Assembly: GCA_951406725.2 (NCBI GenBank)
Contig: OX597821.1
Coordinates: forward strand, 37,572,001-37,636,000
Origin: Octopus vulgaris
Taxonomy: Eukaryota
Direction: 5' to 3'
DNA length: 64,000 bases
Made by a program: the position numbers and the translations under genes
Part shown: piece after piece, positions 53,679 through 64,000 of the stretch
Numbering within the stretch: position 1 is the stretch's first letter
Layout of the letters: the number at the start of each line of letters is the position of its first letter
Notes under the pieces: model-generated
Seen by the model: the letters and a program-made list of their open reading frames with translations, nothing else
Database searches by the model: none
Told to the model about the DNA's origin: nothing

Positions 53679-53785
<107 letters not shown>

Positions 53786-54528
53786 AAGCATGTGTGTGTG
53801 TTTGTATGTATAAATATGTGCATGATGTGAATGAATATAACTTGTTACACAGAAAATTCAAAGAGGTGTTGCCATGAAATCTAGCGTTGGTTGAATGTTT
53901 CGCTGTGTTGAAGATTCGAACCCGTTTTCTTCTGTTGATGTCCGCCCCCCTCTCTCTCTGTGATGGTTCCTCGTATTTTTTTTTCTGTTTCCGAAAACAC
54001 AAGACAACTTTGAGAACGACGACTAAATATCCAACTCTCTCTCTATGCTGGCACGGAATAAACGCCCGCACTTTATCTGGATGAGTGAAACGCAGAGGAA
54101 AAAGCGGATATAATGTAAGCAGAATGCTTGAAGGTGTGTGTGAGTGGGGGATGGTAAGGGCAGTGGTTCAGCCCCACTTATATGACCGGTAGTCGTTATT
54201 TACTCCACTTGAGACGAAGTCTTCTGCCCCCCGAGGAATTTGGACTCAATCCCCGAAAGATAAAATCTAAATAAATGAGGAAGTTGTCTGGTGTGGGAGG
54301 GCGAAGAATTTGGTGAAATATCAGATGGTTGGACGGAATAAGTATTAGTTGGAAGAATAAAGGAAGACTGTCTAACAGTAGACGAGTGTGTGTGAGAGGT
54401 GTGTGGCAGTGGGGGGACGGCATGCTGGAGGAACGAAAACTGTAGAGAGAGGGAGGGTGAGAGGAAATAAAAAGAGAGGGGGTGGGAGAGACCGGGAAAG
54501 GGTGGGAGAGACCGGGAAAGAGTGGGAG

Positions 54529-54800
54529 TGAGAGAAAGAGGCTGAGAGAGAGAAAGAGAGGATGAAAGGATGAGAGAGAAAGAGGCTGAGAGAGAGGGAG
54601 AAAGAGAGGATGGAGAGAAAGAGGCTGAGAGAGAGGATGAGAGAGAAAGAGGCTGAGAGAGAGGGAGAAAGAGAGGATGAGAGAGAAAGAGGCTGAGAGA
54701 GAGATAGAAAGAGAGGATGAGAGAGAAAGAGGCTGAGAGAGAGGGAGAAAGAGAGGATGAGAGAGAAAGAGGCTGAGAGAGAGAGAGAAAGAGAGGATGA
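54529..54800. repeat. About 40-bp purine-rich minisatellite
   Basis: gagaggatgagagagaaagaggctgagagagagggagaaa repeated. Confidence 0.85.
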
Positions 54801-54982
54801 GAGGATGAGAGAGAGTGAGAGAAAAAAGAAGGCATTAATGGCAGCGAGGGAAGAGTTTAGGAAGTGAAGAAGGTTTTGTCTGCGAGAAATTGTAACATTG
54901 AAGATTGAAGGAAAGAGAAAAAAAATGGGAGTAAGGGTAAAGAGCGGGGGATGGAAGGATAAAGATTAGTTTAAGAGGGAGG

Positions 54983-55034
<52 letters not shown>

Positions 55035-55144
55035 TGAGATTTCGTAAACTGAAGTGAGGAGAGAAAAGAGAGGAAGAAATATTGAAGGAAGGGAGGAGGA
55101 GAGACACAAAAAGTCTGACACTGAATAAAAAATGTTGTGTGCCG

Positions 55145-55218
<74 letters not shown>

Positions 55219-55439
55219 AAATACACACACATGCGTATATATATAATGCAAAGAGAAAGAGAGAGAGAGAGAGAGAGAGTGTGTGAGAGAGAGAGTGAGA
55301 GAGAGAGATTATACCAGGTAAGATATTAGCGAAGACAAAAAAGAGGGAATATGATGGTAGTAGCAGTGGTATACAATAGTGTGAGTGAATGAGTAGGTTT
55401 AGGGTTAAGTTGAAGGGAATAAAGTGAAAAGAGAAACTA

Positions 55440-55484
<45 letters not shown>

Positions 55485-55604
55485 ATGAAGAAAAAAGAAA
55501 GTAAAAGGAAAGACGAGACGTTTATGAGTGTTTTTAAGTGAGGAAAGTAGAAGAGAAAAATATTGAAAGAGTGAAGAGACAATAAGTGGCAGAAGTAGAA
55601 AAGG

Positions 55605-55663
<59 letters not shown>

Positions 55664-55791
55664 CGGGCGGTGAAATAGAAAGGAAACAATATATGAAAGA
55701 AAGGGAAGGATATATATAAATATATATATATATATGAGAAGGAGAGAAAGAGAGAGAAGTACAAAGGGAACGGTATATAATGAGAGAGAGC

Positions 55792-55829
<38 letters not shown>

Positions 55830-56163
55830 TTGTTGAAGAGGGGAAACAATATAAAAAGTAAAGAGGACAAAAAAGTGAGGAAGAGGAGAAATGGTGTTTG
55901 AGACTCGTCCACAGACGGGGACAAAAACATTCTCTGCATAGAGGACAACTTGTATATTATTTCACTCCCTCTCTCTCAATTATATAAAATATAATACACA
56001 CACACACATATACACAAGTATACGTTACACACACACACATATATATATGTATATACATATACACCCACCAATGTATTGCGCGCTAAAAACCTGACACACA
56101 GACACACAAGAAACTGCGAGAGAGAAAGTGTGGAGAAAGCCCTTCAACCACGCATGCGTATTG

Positions 56164-56168
56164 TCAGT
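56164..56168 (+). promoter_or_regulatory. Candidate initiator (TCAGT) for the exon at 56413
   Basis: TCAGT near the start of a repeat-free island about 250 bp upstream of the ATG; motif is short. Confidence 0.2.
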
Positions 56169-56412
56169 GTGTGCTGCTTTCTGTGTTGGTTCGTCTGCTG
56201 AGCGAAGTAACACGGCACCAGTCTTACAACTCCACAAACACAGGATACAACAACATTGACGGCTTCTTATTCTACCCTCTTACACAGTGTTTGGTCGGTT
56301 TCAAATCGGATGCCAAATACTGACCCCTCCTGATGTGACCTTCTTTATTTTTTTTGTTTTATATTATTTTTTTCCATTTTTTTTCTCTGTTACACTACAA
56401 TGTGGAGGAAAG

Positions 56413-56488
56413 ATGGCTACCGGAATGAACTTCATCTTTATGGAATTTTCTTTGGTTTTACTTTTATGGATGTTTACCCACCCCACCG
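56413..56488 (+). CDS. Candidate first coding exon: signal peptide of an unidentified secreted or membrane protein
   Basis: aagATGG context; MATGMNFIFMEFSLVLLLWMFTHPT+G; donor CCG|GTAAGT in phase 1; unique sequence. Confidence 0.55.
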
Positions 56489-56775
56489 GTAAGTTGTTCC
56501 TTCAGCTCTGTTGGTTTCAATACCGAAATATATTCTTACATACACCCATTTCAACACTACTTCACGCGCACAACTTTTTACCAAGCAATTCCAACTTCTA
56601 CAACTGACTCCAAATTCTTCAGTTTTTTTTTTATCTCTTCTCCTTCCCCCCACCTCATGTATTCTTACTTCCAGACTCTTTCAAAGTAGAACATTTCAAA
56701 GAAACATTCCTCAAATAAATAAATCCTACACGAAAAGGATACAACTTCATACTGCTGCACAAATGAAAATAGATA

Positions 56776-56829
<54 letters not shown>

Positions 56830-57439
56830 ACCTGTGGATCGAAATGACTTTGTGTGTATATATACAAACAAAATGTGTGTATATGTGTATCTATGCATGT
56901 GTGAACATAAGTATATAAACAGAGAGAGAGAGAGAGGGAGAGAGAGAGAGAGAGAGGAAAGGGGGATAGAGCTCTGTGTTACTGTGCTTACAAGTGTGTG
57001 TGGGTGGGTGGGAAGATGGAAGGTGGTGGGGTAAGGTGGGAGTGTATATTGCACAATGTACAAATATCTATGGATGAATGTGTGTGTGTGTGTAATATGT
57101 ATATATGTGTATATTATATAAAGGAGTATGTGTGTATACACACACACATATATGCGTGTTCATGTATATATATATTTGTATGCATATGTAAATGTATACA
57201 TAGATCTGTATATATATATATATATATATATATTCACATCTACATAAATTTATCTCTCTCTATATTTATTTGTATATATTTACGTATATGTTTATTTATG
57301 TGAACACACACACACACACACACACAAACACACACAGATATTAAACATTTTGAAGGTATGTGTGTGTAAAGAGGTATATGAGACTATATGTATATATTTG
57401 TTTGTACATAAAGAGGTATGCCTATTTCTGTATATGTAG

Positions 57440-57506
<67 letters not shown>

Positions 57507-57870
57507 GTGTGTTAACATACAAGTTTGTGTGTGTGTTTGTATAGGCATGTGTGTGTGTGTGTGCATGTGTATGTGTGTGTATCTTTAGTTGTTTGTGTAG
57601 ATACACGTGAATGTGCATCTGCATGTTTGCATTTGTTTGTGTGTATGTATTTATGCATAGAAGTTTATAGATGTATGATGTGTGTGTATATACATAGAAG
57701 TTTATATATAATCTGTTCACAAATACATTTGTGTATATATGTATTTATATCTATACGTATTGGTATGTGCATACGTATGTATATGTATGCATGTATATGC
57801 ATATATATATATATATATATGCATAAATGCATCATTTTGTATAATATGTATGCTGATAAATATGGATATA

Positions 57871-57914
<44 letters not shown>

Positions 57915-58448
57915 CGTATATACGTATGATTAGTATCTGACATAAGTATTTGCTTATACATATATTTTGTGTGTTTATATGTGTGTGACTATATATATAC
58001 ACACCCATATATATATAAATGTTCATATATAAATGTAAGTACTTATATATGCATTTGTATATACATTAATGCATTCGTATCCTTATATGTAAGTCACACA
58101 CACACACACACACGCACGCACGCGCACACACACACATATAAGTGTGTTATGTATAAACATATAAATGCGTGTATATTTAGCTCATATATGTATGTATCAA
58201 TTACTTTTGTCGGTCTGTATGCACTAATTTACATCGATATCGTATATATGCCTGAATATACAAAAATATATGTGGATGTGTGTAGGTATATAGATGCATA
58301 ATATGCATTGACAGAAATACTTCTGTAAGCCTATGTATGTAAACATTTGCACAGATATTTCGATATATGCATATTCATCTAGTTCTCTCTTAATGTGTGT
58401 GTGTGTGTGTGTGAGTCTGTCTGTCTTTGCGTATGTGTATGTTTGTGT

Positions 58449-58495
<47 letters not shown>

Positions 58496-59217
58496 CACAG
58501 ATATTAAGAGGGAACTAAATTGATATGCATTCATTCGAGTATCTACTTATCAACATATATATTTGTGTGTGTGTATGTGTGTATATATAAACATATGTGC
58601 GTATGTACGTATTTATGTACATATCAACAGAAATAGATCAGCCTGTATATGTACTCATTGAAAAACACACACACACACACACACACACACATAAATACAA
58701 ATGATAGATTACGGCTGGGTCACTTCAGGTATCAAGGCATTGCCAGCAATCTTCAGGCCCGTTGCTTTAATTTCACTGTAAACGCACGGAAGTTTTTCCC
58801 GGCAGACCCTTCATAAAGACTTAGATATGGCGTTTGCAGACAGACCCTGCAATTTACCCGACCCTACACGTACTGAGTGCCATTTGTTTCTTTGTGGATA
58901 GGTTGGTAGATGTGTGTGTGTGTGTGTGTATGTGTATGTATACATGCATGCACACACGCACACACACATACATATATGTATATGCGTGCTTACATATGCT
59001 TGTGTGTATGTATGTATCTGAGCGTGTGCATATAGGTATATATATATATACATATATATAATATATATACATATATATATACATATATATATAATATATA
59101 TACATATATATATACATATATATATACATATATATGCATATATACATATATATACATATATACATATATATACATATACATATATATATATATGCATATA
59201 TATATATATACATATAC

Positions 59218-59250
<33 letters not shown>

Positions 59251-59310
59251 CATACATATATATATATATACATACATATATATATGTATATATATATATA
59301 TATATGTATG

Positions 59311-59343
<33 letters not shown>

Positions 59344-59873
59344 GTAGGTGTGTGTAAAGCGTATTCATATATATACATGAAGATAAATCTACATACACAC
59401 TCACACATATATAAGAATGTGTATTTATGTATGTCTTATACGTATATATGTATGTGCATTGTGTATATGTATATACATACAAGACTATCTATGTATATTA
59501 CATGCATCTCTCTCTCTCTCGATGTATACATATATACATACATACACGCATATGTACATATATAGATAGATATAAATAGATAGATATACAGACAAGTATA
59601 CGCATGCAACATATATAGGCGTTTATACACACACATCTATAAATGTGAGTATGTTTTCTTTATTCTTTCTGCTTTCAAAATTGAAGAAAATCTTTTGATT
59701 CTTCTTTGAATTCTTGACACCATCTTGAGAGAACTTTTTCGTCATTTCTTGTATAGACGTTGGACTGATGATTCTGAGTGTTTGTATGTAGACTACGTAC
59801 ACACACACACACACACATACACACACACACACACATACACACACACACATACACATATCTGTGTTTGCGTGTT

Positions 59874-59909
<36 letters not shown>

Positions 59910-59933
59910 TATATGTATATATTTATGTCTATA

Positions 59934-59976
<43 letters not shown>

Positions 59977-60008
59977 TTATATAGAAAGGGTATATAGATT
60001 TATATATA

Positions 60009-60046
<38 letters not shown>

Positions 60047-60270
60047 AGTTATTGTTATATTTACTTGAAGGAGCGGGCGGCGGCCATGCTGGTGCACCGC
60101 CGTGAACGTTTTTGTTTTATCAAATGAACCGCAATGGTTATAATTCTATATTCTATCGTTATCTTTTTAACAATCCGCTAATTAAGTAGGGTCCAAGCAA
60201 CATTTTAGAATTTCATGAAGCTGATGGCCAAGCGCAAAGCCACCCGCACACTACCACACACCCCGCACTT

Positions 60271-60380
<110 letters not shown>

Positions 60381-60689
60381 TCTCTGTCATACACACAGGG
60401 CTATGTATTTACCACTGGCTTCCTTCATTCCCTAACTCAAATCCTTTAGTAAAGCATTGTTCGATTCTGGGACCTGGAAGACATCCGTGGTGTCGCTAAA
60501 CCTCAGGCTACAAAGTTGCAATGCGAATTTCTTAGCAACACAACCATACATGCACAGCTATACATAGAATTATATATATATATATATGTATTTATGTGTG
60601 TGTGTGTGTGTGTGCGTAATAAGTATGTGTATAAATATATTTTATATATATAGGTACAATATGTATATGTAATATATATATATATATAT

Positions 60690-60840
60690 ATGTCCCGTTT
60701 CTGTTGTAACTTAGCGGTTCGCCAAAGCAACGGTAGAATAAGTGCTAGGCTTTCAAAGAATAACTTCTGGTGTCGATTTGTTCGACTAAAGGCAATGCTC
60801 CAGCATGGCTGCAGTCAAATAACTGAAACAAGTAAAAGAA
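60690..60840 (+). mobile_element. Family B SINE 3' half
   Basis: gtaacttagcggttcgccaaag...ctccagcatggctgcagtcaaataactgaaacaagtaaaagaa. Confidence 0.8.
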
Positions 60841-60916
60841 TATATATATATACATGTACATATATATACACATATATATATATCCCAATATATATATATG
60901 TAATGTATATATATTA

Positions 60917-60961
<45 letters not shown>

Positions 60962-63423
60962 GTGTCTATATGTATATGTAATGTTCCTATATATATATAT
61001 GTGTATATATGTACATATATATTCTTAAATATATATATATATGTGTGTATGTGTGTATATGTATATATATAATCTTATATATTTGTATATTCAAATACAT
61101 TCGCGCGTGAGTCTAAGTATATATACGTACATCTGTCTGTCTGTCTGTCTGTCTGTCTACATGTATCCACTGCCCTAAGTGTCATTCAAACCGCAAGGTA
61201 CCACTACCTTTCTCAAACAACTGTTTTCCTGGTCCTTATTTGATATCTTTGGTTCTTTTGAACCAATTTCGCTGGTGATCAAGTTGGAAATTATTTTTAA
61301 ATTGCATTGTTTCTGAAATATTCTTCCCAAAATATTGCCTCTGACGTGAATCTGTGGCTCTTGAGCTTGTGATTTAAGGAAAATGAATTAAATTTTTCCT
61401 CTGCAAATGTAGTTGGAAGAATACAGCTGAAGTGAAAGATTCATTAACTGTGCGTCATATCTTGCTCAGTTTGAATCCGAGGATAAAATATGTAGCCCTC
61501 CTCCATTTGTATATAAGAAACGGGAAGAAGCCTGTGCTGTTGGAAATAAAAGTAAAGAATGGTAACGAATTCTGTTAATATCGAAAATATTAGCTTTAAT
61601 CCCTACAAGCAATGATGCTACACACAATGAACCCATCCACACTATGTGAAGTGCAAAACGAACAGTTTAAATGGATTGCCATCATCCAACAGTATCACAT
61701 GTTAATAAATACCCAGTGACTTCTTGGATAACACAAATCTGCAAAGTGAACTGGCGTTCATAGTTTCCATCTGTAGAAAGGTGTTATCTAATCAACTGCA
61801 GATATTTTTTGAAAGATTCTTCAAGAAGGGTAAAATATTTTGAAGATGAAGGTAGGTCAAGTACATCCTGAGAATTAAAAACGAAACATTCTCTCTGTGA
61901 GAACGATTTATGAGGCGATAGAAGCTAACCATCTTAAAGGAAAATGGCTTAAATAAATGCCATTTAGAACAGTTTTCGTCCAGATACCTTAGACTTTACA
62001 AGTGGATATTGAAACTGTTGTTTATTCACTTGTAGAATATGGTGTAATGCAAATCTTTGAAGAAGACCTTCGGCAAAAACTGATCATTGCATTAGAAAAT
62101 ATGTGATGCCATAGCTTCTACGATATCGGAATAGTTAGAAAACGGAGTATTACTCCATGGGTATTTAACAGGCAAATCCTGTTACTGTAACGAATTACGA
62201 TCTTTCAAAATATAGGATATTTCTGAGAGAATATTACAGGGAACTGTTTTGGAACCATTCGTATTTCTAATAATTCTCTCGGATATTCGTCCACTAGCTA
62301 GACCGATACGGCAACTGAAGTTCCGATGATGTAGAAAGCAAGATGATGTCGGTGCAATATAAGAGTGGGTTTCCTTGAAACTTCAATCATGACACCATCA
62401 GCCGACTCACATGAGGCAGAAGACATTGCAGTATCATAACCTGTGTGTAGCATAGGAAGAAAATTAATAAGGATGCACATAGTACTAAGATGGCAGCAAT
62501 ATGCAGAGATGACTGACAGAAAGGATTCTGAGAACGCTTGCAGCCAAGATAATAGGAAACAACGTCAGTGCTGTGAAAGACATTTGTTTTTCAGTCGGTA
62601 TGATTTTTGTCGCCAAATATTGTCAAAGCTTACAGTGGAAATCGAAGCAATCAAACGCTTTTACTGATGTGATTGCATCACTGCTGTTGAGTGTGATTTC
62701 TGAAACGATGACTTCCTTAAAACTCGATCGCCGAGAGCGAACGATGAGAGGGTGTCCAATGATACACACCTCTACATACGCGCACGCACACTCACACACA
62801 TACATACACACACACATGTATGTGTGCGGAATTTACTGCAAATCGTGCATTAACCATTTTCCACGAACTTGAAGGCGTTGCATGGTAGAAATGAACAGCA
62901 ACGATATATCGGAACTTATGAATGACAGCAGACAGCGACAAAAATATGAAAAAAAGATCGTTGTTAGGACACTTTAATTATAGAACTCCCTCACCAAGGG
63001 GCTAACACAGGACTAATCAATCGCACGTAAGAGTCCCAAGGGCTGGAAAGACACTCGCACACACATACACATACTGTAGATGACACATCTGGGAGCAGTG
63101 ATATTAAAATCACTAATTAATTAAGATGATTAATTAATCATATGTTTCAACAAGAAAGTCGGTTGCAACGGATTTGATTGTAGAGTAAAACCGCGTTAAC
63201 ACTGCACCCACCGACGAAAAGAAAGAGATTAAATGTGTGTGTGTGTACGTATATATACTCGTATATGTGAATGACATGTATAAGTGGATTCTTAAATGCA
63301 CCTCTCTCTCCCTCTTTCGCATATATATATATATATATGTATATATATATGTATATATATGTGTATATATATATGTATATATATGTGTATATATATATGT
63401 GTATATGTGTATATATATATGTG

Positions 63424-63455
<32 letters not shown>

Positions 63456-63685
63456 TATACATATATGTACATATATATATGTGCATATATATATATATGT
63501 ACACATGTGTATATATACATATGTGTGTATTATGGGTGTGTGTATGTGTGTGTACAGTATATTAGATTATAAATGCATATACTTTTATAATGTTTTATAT
63601 ATATACATATATATATATATGATTATGCGTATATACGTACATGCCTATGAAGATATATATACATACACAGTCACATATATAAATG

Positions 63686-63733
<48 letters not shown>

Positions 63734-63811
63734 TGCATTATATATAAATATATTTGAATATGTATGTATGCCCATACTTATATGTATATATATGCATCTG
63801 TATGTATGTAT

Positions 63812-63958
63812 GGATGGCTAAGTGGTTAGGGGTATTTAGCTTACTCTCATAAGGGTGCGCACGTGTGGGGAGTTTTTAGCCACCTGCAAGTTAGTCACAC
63901 GAGCAGATTGTTCTGTTGATATCGGATCACCCAGAATCCTCGTCGTCGTAACCGATGG
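63812..63958 (+). mobile_element. Internally deleted family C SINE
   Basis: A box tggctaagtggttagg; 3' part similar to 9390-9452. Confidence 0.5.
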
Positions 63959-64000
63959 GGGGGGGGGGGAAGTTAATCACCCGCACGTATACGCACACAC

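Overview
AT-rich eukaryotic DNA crowded with microsatellites. The SINE families (a tRNA-head SINE with a Meta/MESC-like core, an OR2-like CORE-SINE, an OR1-like SINE) point to an Octopus genome; this is inferred from family recognition, not a search. Almost all ORF-track entries are translated microsatellites. Real coding similarity is limited to decayed retroelements: Penelope-like (PLE), R4/Dong-type RLE LINEs, Tx1/L1-type and RTE. There is one plausible host exon, a signal-peptide first coding exon at 56413-56488 (+) with a phase-1 GTAAGT donor. The main signal is structured RNA: eight type-I hammerhead ribozyme (HHR) motifs read by eye. Two unrelated ones carry the compensatory U3-A8 core (TTGACAA). 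The first is a very young ~1.95-mer of a 361-bp non-coding unit, inserted with a TSD into an R4 endonuclease frame (18654-19380), which is a retrozyme/circRNA candidate. The second is an HHR at 10876-10931 whose stem I can be sequestered by a long flanking inverted repeat. Other notable structures are a head-to-tail array of differently deleted Tx1 copies, an inverted SINE pair with 113-bp arms, a fold-back Helentron-like MITE and an indel-free 40 x 37-bp minisatellite. No structure was computed and no activity is demonstrated.
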